Part shown: in pieces, positions 9,579 to 20,409 of the stretch | Numbering within the stretch: position 1 is the stretch's first letter | How the letters are laid out: every line of letters starts with the position of its first letter | Origin: an uncultured virus (IMG/VR IMGVR_UViG_3300028392_001454) | Taxonomy: Duplodnaviria > Heunggongvirae > Uroviricota > Caudoviricetes > Crassvirales | Virus record (IMG/VR): IMGVR_UViG_3300028392_001454 | Strand: one strand, 5' to 3' | DNA length: 64,000 nucleotides | Translations under genes and position numbers: made by a program | Notes under the pieces: model-generated | Told to the model about the DNA's origin: nothing | Databases searched by the model: none | What the model saw: the letters and a program-made list of their open reading frames with translations, nothing else

Positions 9579-10270
9579 TATGGGTTACAATATGTTAGTT
9601 CGCTTATTACTCCTAAATTACTTATTCTTACTCCGTACACTCTGTTATCATAGTTAATTTTATAGTATAAGTTAGTTCCATTAAATACATCTACATTGTT
9701 GTTAGTGTTATGAACTATATTTCCATTTTTTAGGTAGCCTGGAGTTGTGTTATTAATCCAAACATAGTATGAAGCCTCTAGAGCTGTACAGTCTATATCA
9801 CAGCCAGTTGGTGTTACAGATCCTGGACCACATATTAATGACTGAATAAGACCTGTGCTTATATTACACGCTGAATCTGTTGAGTAGTAAGGAGTGAACA
9901 ATGATATAGTTGTTGATTCAACAGAATTATTCTTTACACATAATGCGTAATCAAGTGTAATTGTGGATATGTTACCATTAGTTCCTGGAAGATCATTATA
10001 ATTTAGTGTATGATTATATCCCCAACAGTCTGTGTATGTTATAACTAAGTCAATAGTTCCAACACCAGTCCCTGTCTTATAATCAAAAGATGTAAATCTC
10101 TTACAGTCTATACATGTCGTGCACTCTATATTGTTAAGAAGCAATCCGCTTAGCTGCTCTCTATACCCAGAGCCAAACTTATAAAATCCGTCTGCAGCCT
10201 TTGTGGTTAGTAACTCGTCTGTATAAACTGCAGTTGCAGTTGAGAATGATGGTGAATCTATATAATACAT
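9578..10270 (-). CDS. Cys/Thr-rich tail-associated protein
   Basis: 230-aa ORF translationally coupled in the tail operon; beta-rich with many Cys. Confidence 0.55.
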   Translation of the reverse strand: MYYIDSPSFSTATAVYTDELLTTKAADGFYKFGSGYREQLSGLLLNNIECTTCIDCKRFTSFDYKTGTGVGTIDLVITYTDCWGYNHTLNYNDLPGTNGNISTITLDYALCVKNNSVESTTISLFTPYYSTDSACNISTGLIQSLICGPGSVTPTGCDIDCTALEASYYVWINNTTPGYLKNGNIVHNTNNNVDVFNGTNLYYKINYDNRVYGVRISNLGVISELTYCNP

Positions 10271-10280
10271 ATTATTTTAT

Positions 10281-13200
10281 TTAACAGTTACAGCAAACGT
10301 CAGTTGCACTCACATTACTATAACAAAGATCAATACTATTTGAATTTCTATAATCCCAAATCAAGTAAACATAAGGGAAAGCATCTGGATTTGAGTATGT
10401 AAAGTTTACGGTGTAAACACCTGTACTAGGGTTTAGAACTGGAGTTATAGTTGTTCCGCTACTTATTATTGTATTGATATTAGACTCTGTTAATAACGTG
10501 TCAGTTATAAGGTATTTAAACTGATTATTATTGAACACATAATTATCTCCAGACAACTTACTAGAGTACATACTTATCTCTGATCCATCAGTTGGAAGAG
10601 ATCCCTCAGAAGACATACCAGTCTGGTGTGCAAACAATGATATTCCATCAGCCTCCATAACAATATTATCTGTAAGAGTAGGAGATGTAAACGATCCAAG
10701 ACTCCAGTTGTATGAGTTATGAATTGTTTTATCTGCGTCAGAGCTATTATTTACAACAACTCTATATACATTTACAATTGCATTATCAGGGCAGTTAGAT
10801 GTGAACGAGTAGCTTGCATTTGTAGGTTCAATAGTAACGTGTGCTATTGTATCTAAAGGATTATTTTTGCTAAATGATACAGATCCAGACTCACCAATTA
10901 CCTCTCTTATAACTCTATCTCCAGCATAGTCTACAGTTAATAAAGCCTCTCCTTCAGAGAAGTCATAATCAAAGCTAACAGTTCCAATAACAGTACCTAA
11001 CTGAAGGTCATACTCAAACTTATCATTTGAATTTATTTGAGAGAACACCAACCCACAAGGTTGCTCTGTCTGAGTTACAATCACTGGTCTTTCATTGCTT
11101 GATAGAACAAACTCATCCATGTAGGGATCATAAGCCATAAGCTTCTGAGTTCCAAAAGAGTTTTTAAACAAGTCTCTGAACCAAACCTTCATATTTATAT
11201 CAGATATAACGTCTAGTTGGTCATTGGTATAGGAGCTTCCTGTAAGTTTAAGTACGGATGATCTCTTAGCGTCTGTCCATGTCATCTCAGATCCCCAAGA
11301 TGCAAAGCTCTCTGGGTTATGACTAATTCCAAAGTTCTCAATCCTAGCTATCTGCGTACCTAACACCTCTGGTATGGATGTGATAGCACCTCCAGCGGCA
11401 GCGTCAGACAGAAGGTTTTTACCTTGAAGAACGTATGACACCTTATCCTCTTGAAGAGTCAATATGTCAGTAGCTCTTGCAAATAAAGTCTGTATAGGAC
11501 CAAATGATTTTTGAAGGTCCTTATAGTTAGCTAGACCAAGATTGAACTCGTTTAGCTTATTTATATTACTCTCAGCATTGTACACACCACTATAAGTGAT
11601 GGATGCGTATCTAAGAGCTTGTTTGTATTCTTGTTGTGAAACAGCATTTACTCTACTTCCTAAGTACATAGGTGAGCCAGTAAGTGAGTCATCTATCTTA
11701 TAGCTCTCAACACCATTACCAAATGAGAAACAGTTAAAGAAACCTAAGTTACAAATAGCTGGATCTGTTGCTGTTTGGTTATGAGTTACTCCGTCAAATG
11801 TGCTACCTTGATGGAATCCATTTATTATTTGAAAGTTCTCGCTTCCCTCGTAGAACTTCTCTCCGTCTCCATCAGCTGGTTCCGTCTCAAAAACTATTAG
11901 GTTATTAGGAGCTGTTATTTGAACAGTTGCATCAGAATAAGCCGTATGATTTGTATTAGGAACACCACTAGCAAGTACTAAATAAAACTTACCATTTGTA
12001 AAATCTTTATAAAATTTTATTAGATAAGTCTTATCGCTTGGTACAGGAGGATTTATTGATCCTATATAATCTGCATAATCACCAATAGTAGAATCAAATA
12101 TTACATTCATACTAAATGCATCATCATCAGTACCGTATAACACACCAGCTGGAGGAGCAAAACTTATACTATCTCCAATAACGTAGTCATGCAAACTAAA
12201 ATAATCATTAGATGCAGTAAATGTTTTATCATAAGTAAAATATCTAGATCCTCCACCGCCTATTCCAGCAGCAAGTCTTTCGCATCTTAGATATATTCTA
12301 ACTCTACTTCCAGCTTTTATAGGTAATGGATTATACACACCAGTACTTCCTATTTCCTCGTATAAAGGAACTGAAGATGCTCTATCTATTTCTACTCCGT
12401 ATATTTGTTGTGGATGAAAACCAACTTTTTCTATAAAAGAATTTTGATTATATATAACATTAAACCCTTGAGGTTTAATTTTCATATAAGATCCTTCTTG
12501 TATAACAGTTATACCTTCAATACCATTAGATAACTTATATTTAAGATCTAAAACCTTAGCCTTAATTAAATTAACCATAGGTCCATTACTATCTGATTTT
12601 ACCGTAATCAAATCATCTTGTTTTACCTTACTTCTATTGTCTCCTTCTAAATAAAACCACCAACATAAATTTGCTGGATCTGGATAGTAAAGATTAGAGT
12701 ATACAGTCTCGTATGTAGTCTTAGAAGGTTTTATAACCCATTTATATCTTTTAGCCCAGTATGGTGTCTTACTAGTTGATGGAAGTGACGCTCTTATATG
12801 GTTTATATTAATAGACTTAGATTCTGGTATAAATATTGTATTTGTATTACAAACTAAAGCTGTTGTACTTCTGTTATACTCATCCATATAAACAATACCA
12901 ACCTCATAATCTCTATTACTATGTAAACTTCTTTTTGATCCAGCCTTAGTTATTGAGGCAAGTGTGTTTGAGTTTTCAAAAAACTCATATGCAAATATAG
13001 TAGGATCAGCTATCTGTTGAAACTTCATAGCTGGAACTTGTATCTTTATAACGTTTGTCCCTGGATCAACCGTTAATACCTTAAATCCTTGACCTACTCC
13101 ATCTACACCACTTGTATATTTATTCCATCCAGATTTAGCAATTAACTGACAATTAAAATGATCAGATAGTGAATACCCTAAACCACAACTACCAACAGGT

Positions 13201-14591
13201 AATGGATTTGATATAGCATTTAAAAAGTCGCTACTAGCAGCAAACTCAGCAACACTATCATAACTTGCTGTAAGATTAAACAGTAATGGGTAATTAAATA
13301 AGTTTTGAGGTGCTGAATCTCCAATATATGGTCCACTTACAGGATAAAAAGAAACATGTTGTAGATTAAAGTTAATATACATAATAGCTCCTTCCTTTAA
13401 TACAGTAGTGTCTGGAATTGTTATTGTATATATAGAGTGATCTATTGTTTGAGTTGATCCTGTTATATTGTAATTACCATTTAAAACTCCAGTTGCTAAT
13501 TCAGAAGTATCCGCAGGAACTGATATCAGATCAAGGTTATATCTTATAGCTATAGGCTGGTTATTACTATCCTTAATATTATATCCATCAACATAGTTAC
13601 CGTACATGATTCTATTACCCATAGTTGTCTGGGCTTTAGCTACATGAGGAACGTTGTCATATAATCTTAATAACTCACTCTCTGGTAGAGTGGTGTATAT
13701 TTTCTTATTGTCAAATGTTATAGTTTGTGTGGAGTTGTTACCCCATCCTTGTTCTGATTTTATATATTTCTCAACAATATTTACAATGTTTTCATCAGAG
13801 AATTTAAAACATAAATCAACACCAACAACATTAGAGTCTCCAGTATTAAATGAAACCTTAGCTGCATTGAATATGTTCTCCATTCCAGAGTTGTCATATG
13901 TTGAGTAGTTGAGTTGAAACTGCCCTGGCTCAAATGCTACATCAGTAAACTGAGACAATGCACTATACTCGTTATCTTTATATTTATATCTGTATGAAAA
14001 AGATATAAAAACATTCTCTATAAAGTTCTCTCCGCCAGGTACATTAACCATCTGAACAGTTGGAGCAACTAATGGAGGAGCAACAATAACGTTAACATCA
14101 TCAACTGTTATTGAATCAACACCACCAACTGGAGGTAGGTAGGTTCTAGCTATATTTATTTTTCTTGGAGGATTTAAGTTATCCGTCCAAAACAAGTACT
14201 TATCAATAAGATTAATACCAGTTATAAGATACTGACTATTAAAATTTAATACGGTCTCAGATATAACATGATACAATAATAATGCAGTCTCTGTATTGTA
14301 AGATACTATCATGTCAACATTCCCTGGATCTGTTACAAACCAGTAGATTGTTTCCTTGGCTCCATCCTGATAAGTGCCTATACATAAAGCATTAGTACTT
14401 AAGTCAACTCCATTATACTGAAGTTTAGTTAGGATTATATTACCCTTAGTATTCTCAATAACACCAACGCTATTATCTTCAGTGGATCCAAGTCTTATAT
14501 TCATCGCATCGATATACTCACCCTCAGGGAGTAATCTTTGGTCATAAGACTTATTCATTATACCTTTTGTGAAACTTACTCTTGAATCCAT
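10281..14591 (-). CDS. Tail nozzle / tubular protein B (stabilisation protein), 1436 aa
   Basis: F.KG.MN...D.RLLP.GEY.DA.N N-terminus, LFWTDN.NPPRKIN, NRIMYGNY, GISHNPESFA; synteny. Confidence 0.75.
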   Translation of the reverse strand: MDSRVSFTKGIMNKSYDQRLLPEGEYIDAMNIRLGSTEDNSVGVIENTKGNIILTKLQYNGVDLSTNALCIGTYQDGAKETIYWFVTDPGNVDMIVSYNTETALLLYHVISETVLNFNSQYLITGINLIDKYLFWTDNLNPPRKINIARTYLPPVGGVDSITVDDVNVIVAPPLVAPTVQMVNVPGGENFIENVFISFSYRYKYKDNEYSALSQFTDVAFEPGQFQLNYSTYDNSGMENIFNAAKVSFNTGDSNVVGVDLCFKFSDENIVNIVEKYIKSEQGWGNNSTQTITFDNKKIYTTLPESELLRLYDNVPHVAKAQTTMGNRIMYGNYVDGYNIKDSNNQPIAIRYNLDLISVPADTSELATGVLNGNYNITGSTQTIDHSIYTITIPDTTVLKEGAIMYINFNLQHVSFYPVSGPYIGDSAPQNLFNYPLLFNLTASYDSVAEFAASSDFLNAISNPLPVGSCGLGYSLSDHFNCQLIAKSGWNKYTSGVDGVGQGFKVLTVDPGTNVIKIQVPAMKFQQIADPTIFAYEFFENSNTLASITKAGSKRSLHSNRDYEVGIVYMDEYNRSTTALVCNTNTIFIPESKSININHIRASLPSTSKTPYWAKRYKWVIKPSKTTYETVYSNLYYPDPANLCWWFYLEGDNRSKVKQDDLITVKSDSNGPMVNLIKAKVLDLKYKLSNGIEGITVIQEGSYMKIKPQGFNVIYNQNSFIEKVGFHPQQIYGVEIDRASSVPLYEEIGSTGVYNPLPIKAGSRVRIYLRCERLAAGIGGGGSRYFTYDKTFTASNDYFSLHDYVIGDSISFAPPAGVLYGTDDDAFSMNVIFDSTIGDYADYIGSINPPVPSDKTYLIKFYKDFTNGKFYLVLASGVPNTNHTAYSDATVQITAPNNLIVFETEPADGDGEKFYEGSENFQIINGFHQGSTFDGVTHNQTATDPAICNLGFFNCFSFGNGVESYKIDDSLTGSPMYLGSRVNAVSQQEYKQALRYASITYSGVYNAESNINKLNEFNLGLANYKDLQKSFGPIQTLFARATDILTLQEDKVSYVLQGKNLLSDAAAGGAITSIPEVLGTQIARIENFGISHNPESFASWGSEMTWTDAKRSSVLKLTGSSYTNDQLDVISDINMKVWFRDLFKNSFGTQKLMAYDPYMDEFVLSSNERPVIVTQTEQPCGLVFSQINSNDKFEYDLQLGTVIGTVSFDYDFSEGEALLTVDYAGDRVIREVIGESGSVSFSKNNPLDTIAHVTIEPTNASYSFTSNCPDNAIVNVYRVVVNNSSDADKTIHNSYNWSLGSFTSPTLTDNIVMEADGISLFAHQTGMSSEGSLPTDGSEISMYSSKLSGDNYVFNNNQFKYLITDTLLTESNINTIISSGTTITPVLNPSTGVYTVNFTYSNPDAFPYVYLIWDYRNSNSIDLCYSNVSATDVCCNC

Positions 14592-14594
14592 AAA

Positions 14595-15512
14595 TTACTT
14601 AATCATTTTGTCTTTACCTCTCAAGTTCATTAATAATCTTCCTGGATGTAAGTTACTAAGTCTTATTTTTGCGTTTCTTAATAATGCTGTTTTTTCTTTC
14701 TTAGCTCTAGCTACAACATACTCTTGAACACCAATCTTGTTGTTTAGTATAGCCCATTTAATGTAAGAGTAAAGGAACTCCTCTGCAAGCTTGTTTACCT
14801 TAACATCTGCATCGTTTCCTCCCTCCATACCATCTGTAATGTACTCAAGAATACATAACTGACCAGCCATTGTAGAGTTGAAATTAATCACTCCTGCCGC
14901 CTTATCTATCTTGTAGGTAGGGTTCACATTAGCTGTCTCTGTATTAAGCCCGTAACGCTTCCCTATTGGGTACTGGAAGTACCATATATTGTCAAAGTTC
15001 CATCCCTCGTATCCGTGATATAGTCCTGATCCTAAATAAATACTTGCTTCTTGTTTAAATATTCTACCATAGTCTAATAGAGACATCCCCTCTAAAACGT
15101 TTCCGTCTTGATCAAACATAACGTTACAGTTGTTGTCTTGAAGGTATGAGTTACTGCTAATTGCTTGAATATTTTCAGTCAAAGGTCTTAGTATACCATC
15201 TTGAAATAATGATATCCTAACATAGTTGACATAGTCTGGAGGTAGAATATACTTAAGATCATCGCAAACGCTTATCTCAAGAATCTTGATCTCCTTTAAC
15301 GCATCATAGTTAATCTCTTGTATGCCACGCTTTGCATGGAACAACACATTATACTTCTCTACATTGTTGATTAACTTATCGTTACCAACATACATTAGAA
15401 TGAAGTTATTTACAATATCATTCAATGAAACGTATTGGTAAGAACCCCAGTTCTGATTATCTGGTACATTACCACTATTATTGTAGTACTGATATCCGTT
15501 TAAGTATGCCAT
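14595..15512 (-). CDS. Tail ring / tubular protein A-like
   Basis: LP.DYVNYVRIS, LEYITDG motifs; position between capsid and nozzle genes. Confidence 0.65.
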   Translation of the reverse strand: MAYLNGYQYYNNSGNVPDNQNWGSYQYVSLNDIVNNFILMYVGNDKLINNVEKYNVLFHAKRGIQEINYDALKEIKILEISVCDDLKYILPPDYVNYVRISLFQDGILRPLTENIQAISSNSYLQDNNCNVMFDQDGNVLEGMSLLDYGRIFKQEASIYLGSGLYHGYEGWNFDNIWYFQYPIGKRYGLNTETANVNPTYKIDKAAGVINFNSTMAGQLCILEYITDGMEGGNDADVKVNKLAEEFLYSYIKWAILNNKIGVQEYVVARAKKEKTALLRNAKIRLSNLHPGRLLMNLRGKDKMIK

Positions 15513-15515
15513 ATG

Positions 15516-16208
15516 TTATCCTTCTGTTTGTTGTTCTTTAGCCTCTAATCCAGCCCCAAGGTTAACAACCTCAGGCTCTCTAATAGACATCCCAGCATAT
15601 TCTAATATCTTATTAACCAACGATGGTTCGTCTTGCAAAGGCAGCTCAAAGTCTTGGTAGTCACCATTAGACTGATCAAAAACAGGTTCTCCAGCAACGA
15701 TATTTACATAGGTCCATTTAGGATCCTTAGGTAGTCTTAAGTATTGAGATGAAACTCCAGATGTAATTGTGGTTGGATAAACTGTAATAGTCTGTCCGTT
15801 AAGCACATAAGCTGGGTTGTATATGTTTGGAGCTGTTAGGTTTGATTGTAAAAGATATAACACCTTTTCTCCAGAAACCTTGCCAACCTCCTTATTATTA
15901 TATCTAACTGTGTTTAAATAGTAATAATCAGCTGGCATTGTAAAGTCAGAGTTTGTTGTATGTGCTAGGTTAGCAATTGTAGAGAACTTATCGATTATAA
16001 GATCTAGCTTCTTAACTATATCTGCATAACCACTATTAGAAGTTCTTGCATTTTGTTTAGTAACCCATAAATTATACTTAAAAATATAATCCTCAAACAA
16101 ATCAAGTTGAGCTTGCTTTGCGTATAAATTAAAATCTTCGGGTGTAATATACCCAAAGTTATTTTTGTTAGCAACAGCCATTACGGTGCTTCTTACTGAA
16201 TTTATCAT
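15516..16208 (-). CDS. Head-tail adaptor / ring protein
   Basis: NKNNFGYITPEDFN.YA.QAQLD.F, YLR.PKDPKW.Y; synteny. Confidence 0.65.
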   Translation of the reverse strand: MINSVRSTVMAVANKNNFGYITPEDFNLYAKQAQLDLFEDYIFKYNLWVTKQNARTSNSGYADIVKKLDLIIDKFSTIANLAHTTNSDFTMPADYYYLNTVRYNNKEVGKVSGEKVLYLLQSNLTAPNIYNPAYVLNGQTITVYPTTITSGVSSQYLRLPKDPKWTYVNIVAGEPVFDQSNGDYQDFELPLQDEPSLVNKILEYAGMSIREPEVVNLGAGLEAKEQQTEG

Positions 16209-16223
16209 CTATAAAACTTTTTA

Positions 16224-16231
16224 CAAAGATA
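16224..16231 (-). promoter_or_regulatory. -7 promoter element TATCTTTG
   Basis: TAnnTTTG immediately after a terminator and upstream of ATG 16208. Confidence 0.7.
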
Positions 16232-16233
16232 AC

Positions 16234-16265
16234 AAAAAAAAAGCACTCCGATTAAAGAGTGCTTT
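16234..16265 (-). terminator. Rho-independent terminator
   Basis: Stem aaagcactc/gagtgcttt followed by a U tract on the minus strand. Confidence 0.85.
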
Positions 16266-16269
16266 GTCT

Positions 16270-17019
16270 TTACGACATCTTGTTCTCAAGTAACCTCAAG
16301 ACCTCAAGACCTTCATCGCTCTGCATGAACGATGATACTATATAGATATAATCCTCACCGTAAGGAACCGTTAATAGTTTCTTTTTGTTCTGTGGAAGAT
16401 TAAAATAAACGTCTTTGTTTTTGTTCTTCATTACAAGCAATCCTGACTCAAAGAATTTAACACACTTGTTCTGTAACTCAAGCATTGGATCGTTAAGCAT
16501 CTCTAAGAAGCCCATAGGGTGATTCTTGGCATAAACCAACACATCACGCTTCAACTCTACTGTACTCATCTTATCAATCTTAGCTCCAAGTAAAACACGA
16601 GCAACTGACTCAAGCATCTCCAATGGTAACTCTCTTGCTGCAATCTGAGCGTCTAATGAATAGTTTAAAATATCCATATCATGGAACGCATCCTTCTCAG
16701 TATTAACCTCTTCGAAAGTTGTTCCATACTCTGGATGAATTTCTAAGAATTTTTGTAATACTTGGTTTGTTCTTGGTACATGTAGTGCACCATCTATAAA
16801 TGTAATAGGTTCTAAGATAGCATTACCATCCTGCTCATCCTCGAAAGGCGATTTTTGGTTTACTGAATATCTTAAAGCTCTGTTTTGTTTTTGAGCTTCA
16901 TCAAAATAATATAAAGGATACCTGTTTGAATTTCTTGAAGCAATCATGTAGCTAAGAGGAGCTACTCCGTTTTTTAAAATGTAAGTCTTGTCCACTAATG
17001 GAGATTCTGTTTTTTTCAT
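16270..17019 (-). CDS. Hypothetical virion-associated protein, 249 aa
   Basis: ORF directly downstream of the capsid gene, bounded by terminators. Confidence 0.55.
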   Translation of the reverse strand: MKKTESPLVDKTYILKNGVAPLSYMIASRNSNRYPLYYFDEAQKQNRALRYSVNQKSPFEDEQDGNAILEPITFIDGALHVPRTNQVLQKFLEIHPEYGTTFEEVNTEKDAFHDMDILNYSLDAQIAARELPLEMLESVARVLLGAKIDKMSTVELKRDVLVYAKNHPMGFLEMLNDPMLELQNKCVKFFESGLLVMKNKNKDVYFNLPQNKKKLLTVPYGEDYIYIVSSFMQSDEGLEVLRLLENKMS

Positions 17020-17042
17020 TTGATATAATTTTAATTTATTTA

Positions 17043-17083
17043 TAAAAATAAGAGGATGCGGCGATAATCACCGCATTCCTCTT
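17043..17083 (-). terminator. Rho-independent terminator after the major capsid gene
   Basis: Long GC-rich hairpin agagga(a)tgcggtga/tcgccgcatcctct plus a T-rich tail. Confidence 0.8.
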
Positions 17084-17098
17084 TATTATTGTTAATTC

Positions 17099-18514
17099 TT
17101 ATCCTTTGAATAAGAAGAAGTTGTTAGCACCTAATGTACATAACGCTCTTTCAGATAAGAAGTGAACCTCCATTGCATCTAAAGAAGATGTTACAGCACC
17201 ACCAGCAGATCCAGTGATCCATGTTTTGTAACGTCTGTCTTCAGTTTCAGAAGCACGGTATCTTACATGTAAGAATGGTCGTTTAGCATTTTTACCTAAA
17301 ACTTGGTCATAAACTGTAGTAGATCCAGCTGGAACTAATACTCCATTTATGTTACCTCCAACAAGACCACCTCTTAAAGCAGCATCGTTTAAGTATTTCC
17401 AGTCTGTTTTGTAGAAGTCGTAACCTCTACGGAAACCTGTAAATCCTAAGTTCAAAGCCATTTGCTCATCGTTATCAAATAAACCATAAGATGTACCAGC
17501 AGCTCCGTAAGAGTTTTGGTGAGCCAACATGTCATTGATATCGTTAGAGAACTGACGGTTCAAGAAGATAGCATTTTCTTCGATAGCTCCTTGTTTGTCT
17601 AAACGTTGGATGATAGTATCAAAGTCACCTAAAGTGCTTGGGTTACCACCTGACCATACGTTACCTCTTTTGTTTACTACATAGAATAAACCTTCAGTAC
17701 CTTTAGCAGTAGCAATAGCTCCAGATCCAGTCTCAGCAGGAACTCCTTCAACCATAGCCATTTCTAAGTAATCTTCGAATCTCAAACGAGTTTCGTGCTC
17801 AGATTTGATATACCATAAGTAACCAGTTGCTCCATTTTCAGTAGTAACTTCAACCCATCCGATTTGAGCCATGTCTGATCCAGATACTGCGTATTTATCT
17901 TTGATGATAATTGGAGAGTTCTCGAAGATAACGTCAGAAGCCTCTAATGACTCAACCATACCTTCAGTTCCTTTTCTAAATTCAGAACCGTAAACGAATG
18001 CAGTAATAGTAGCTCCTGATCCAGCATTTCCAAACATTTGACCAGATCCCTCGTAGTAAGAAACATCAAAAGTACCATTTGTGTAATCAACAGCAGTAAT
18101 AATACCTTTATTAGAGTTAGCAGCGGTTTGGTTAGATGATAAGAAAACTGTTTGACCTACTCTGAAAGCAATACCAGTAGTAGATGTTTGACCAGGGATC
18201 AAAGTATCAGATACTGTTATAGTAGCGGTGTCAGCTCCAACAGTAGCGTTAGATGCACAGTTAACATATTTAGTGTGTAAACGTCCTTGTTCTGCCCATT
18301 TGATAAGGTCAGAGTTAGACGGCATTTCAGCTCCAACGATTCTTAAGAAAGAAGCGATAGAACGATTTCCGTAACGCTCAAATTCTTTCTCGTAAGTATC
18401 AGGAAGATACTGATTCAAGAAGTTGAAGTTAGTGATGTAATTTGATGCTAAGGTTTTCTTCTCAGCACTTGGTTGTAATTCGAACCCAGGGGTTGATAAA
18501 ACTGATCCAGCCAT
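17099..18514 (-). CDS. Major capsid protein
   Basis: 471 aa after the scaffold gene, followed by a strong terminator; highly biased codons; IKW.EQGRLH, GTEGLF, PFLHVRYR, SER.LC..GANNF. Confidence 0.85.
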   Translation of the reverse strand: MAGSVLSTPGFELQPSAEKKTLASNYITNFNFLNQYLPDTYEKEFERYGNRSIASFLRIVGAEMPSNSDLIKWAEQGRLHTKYVNCASNATVGADTATITVSDTLIPGQTSTTGIAFRVGQTVFLSSNQTAANSNKGIITAVDYTNGTFDVSYYEGSGQMFGNAGSGATITAFVYGSEFRKGTEGMVESLEASDVIFENSPIIIKDKYAVSGSDMAQIGWVEVTTENGATGYLWYIKSEHETRLRFEDYLEMAMVEGVPAETGSGAIATAKGTEGLFYVVNKRGNVWSGGNPSTLGDFDTIIQRLDKQGAIEENAIFLNRQFSNDINDMLAHQNSYGAAGTSYGLFDNDEQMALNLGFTGFRRGYDFYKTDWKYLNDAALRGGLVGGNINGVLVPAGSTTVYDQVLGKNAKRPFLHVRYRASETEDRRYKTWITGSAGGAVTSSLDAMEVHFLSERALCTLGANNFFLFKG

Positions 18515-18532
18515 TTTTTTGTGTTTTTAAAA

Positions 18533-19600
18533 TTATTTTCTACTTTTGATTCTTAGTCCTCGACCAGCATCATCGTTTAATGACTTGACTTGGAATCCAG
18601 AGTTAGTGATAGGGGCAGGAGAGTTTCTCACTTCCATATCGATGTTCTTAATGTTTCGTGCACTATCTAATAATGCATCAGACTTTCCTTGTTCATAGAA
18701 ATGTCTTGCTAACTTATCTGGATTCATTGCCGCAGTCAAAGCACGATGGTAACCAACAGCATCCTTTATTAAACCGTTCTCATCTAAAAACTTAGATATG
18801 AAGTTGTTTACATTGGACTGTGCTGTCTTAATCTCGTTTGCATCTCCAGCTGAAAACTTTAATCTTTTATCTCCTAGATCGAACTCAAAACCTTTGAACT
18901 CATTAGAGAAAATTTCATCTGTTTTCTTTTGGAAGTACTCAGATTTACTGGCAGCTTCTTGTTGGTACGTTTGTGATTCTTGAACGTATTTCTTGTAGGC
19001 ATCGTACATCTCTCTTTCATCGTCTGAAACTAAACCACCCCTTGACTCAAGAGGAGCTTTGTACTGTTCTTTCAAATCATTGAAATATTTCTTTGCCTTA
19101 GCAAGTTCTTTTTTCTTAGCTATTTCTTTCTTCTTGATAACCTTCTCGTCATCAAAATCTTCATCATAACCGAACTTTTCTTCAAGGGTATATGCAATAT
19201 CCTCATCATCTAAGTCCTCTTCGGTCTGCTTGTAATACTCAGCTAATAACTCATTTGGATCGGAGTCATCATAACTTCTGTTAAGCTTAACAAAGTCATC
19301 GATACCTCTACCTGTTTCCTTCTTAAATTTAAAGAAGGCAGAAACATCCTCTGGTAGCTCCTCTTGTGCTTGTCTCTCAGCCACAAGATCGTCAATAGAG
19401 TTTATCTCTTTATTGTATCTATTCTTAATATATGAAAGAACGTCCTCGTCTCTTAGAGTAACCTCTGGTTGTTCAACCACTTGTGGTTCCTCATATTGAG
19501 CTTGTTGTTGAGCCTCGTGCTTATCTAAAAGCTCTTGCTCGATCTGTTGAACTGACTTTTCCTCGCCAGCTCCCAAATCTCTTACAGTAAAATTTTCCAT
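18533..19600 (-). CDS. Capsid scaffolding protein
   Basis: Very acidic helical protein with a basic C-terminal tip, directly upstream of the capsid gene. Confidence 0.75.
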   Translation of the reverse strand: MENFTVRDLGAGEEKSVQQIEQELLDKHEAQQQAQYEEPQVVEQPEVTLRDEDVLSYIKNRYNKEINSIDDLVAERQAQEELPEDVSAFFKFKKETGRGIDDFVKLNRSYDDSDPNELLAEYYKQTEEDLDDEDIAYTLEEKFGYDEDFDDEKVIKKKEIAKKKELAKAKKYFNDLKEQYKAPLESRGGLVSDDEREMYDAYKKYVQESQTYQQEAASKSEYFQKKTDEIFSNEFKGFEFDLGDKRLKFSAGDANEIKTAQSNVNNFISKFLDENGLIKDAVGYHRALTAAMNPDKLARHFYEQGKSDALLDSARNIKNIDMEVRNSPAPITNSGFQVKSLNDDAGRGLRIKSRK

Positions 19601-19625
19601 TTGATTTAATTTATTTATTTAATTT

Positions 19626-20390
19626 TTATGTCAACCTAATCTTCACTACTCCAGCAGTATGATACATCTGTCCAACAGCTATACCAGCAGCAGCAGCAGC
19701 AGTATCATTAGCATAGTTTCCAGCAACAGTTGGTGCTATAGCAATAGTTCCGTCTAAATCTGGAAAGTATATAGTTCTGTTAGATGTAGGAGTAACTGCT
19801 TGTAATATGTTGGTAGTCTTTAATCCTGAAGCATTTTTAGTTAATGTTATCTTAGTTGACTCTACAGTTGTTTTATTTAATAAAGACGTATTTTCAACAG
19901 TTATAACTCCAGTCAATGTTGTTTTAAAGTTTCCAGTAACAAAATTATTTCCTAAGTTAACTGTTTGTTGTAATGTCTGAGTTGCCCCAGCACCTTGAGG
20001 TCCTGTAGGTCCCTGTACCCCTTGAGGTCCTTGTGCTCCTTGTGAAGCTAATAAAGCCCAGTGTGTTGTATCAACAGAAGGATTAGATGTTCCTGATGTT
20101 GCCAGTATACAGAACCAAGAGGCACCATTATATCCTACCGCATCGTTTGCTACATAAGACGTTCCTGACACCCAAGAGCTTCTCCATGTTAAACCTGCTG
20201 GTCCAACTGGTCCTAAAGGTCCTGCTGGTCCTTGAACTCCTTGAGGTCCTGTTGCTCCAGGTCCTACAAAGTTCGCTAAGTCTTCCACCGTATATGGGCT
20301 AGACTCTGCATTAGATGCCGCTGTTCTTCTTTCTGATAAATCTACACTTGTACTAAATCCTACAAATCTAGTTCCGCTTGGTATTGACAT
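19626..20390 (-). CDS. Collagen-like fibre / decoration protein
   Basis: Two G-X-Y collagen runs flanking a W..GTSY..NDAV.YNG.SW carbohydrate-binding-like module; TLQQT..GN repeat. Confidence 0.75.
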   Translation of the reverse strand: MSIPSGTRFVGFSTSVDLSERRTAASNAESSPYTVEDLANFVGPGATGPQGVQGPAGPLGPVGPAGLTWRSSWVSGTSYVANDAVGYNGASWFCILATSGTSNPSVDTTHWALLASQGAQGPQGVQGPTGPQGAGATQTLQQTVNLGNNFVTGNFKTTLTGVITVENTSLLNKTTVESTKITLTKNASGLKTTNILQAVTPTSNRTIYFPDLDGTIAIAPTVAGNYANDTAAAAAGIAVGQMYHTAGVVKIRLT

Positions 20391-20409
20391 ATTTATTTAT
20401 TTTTATTTG

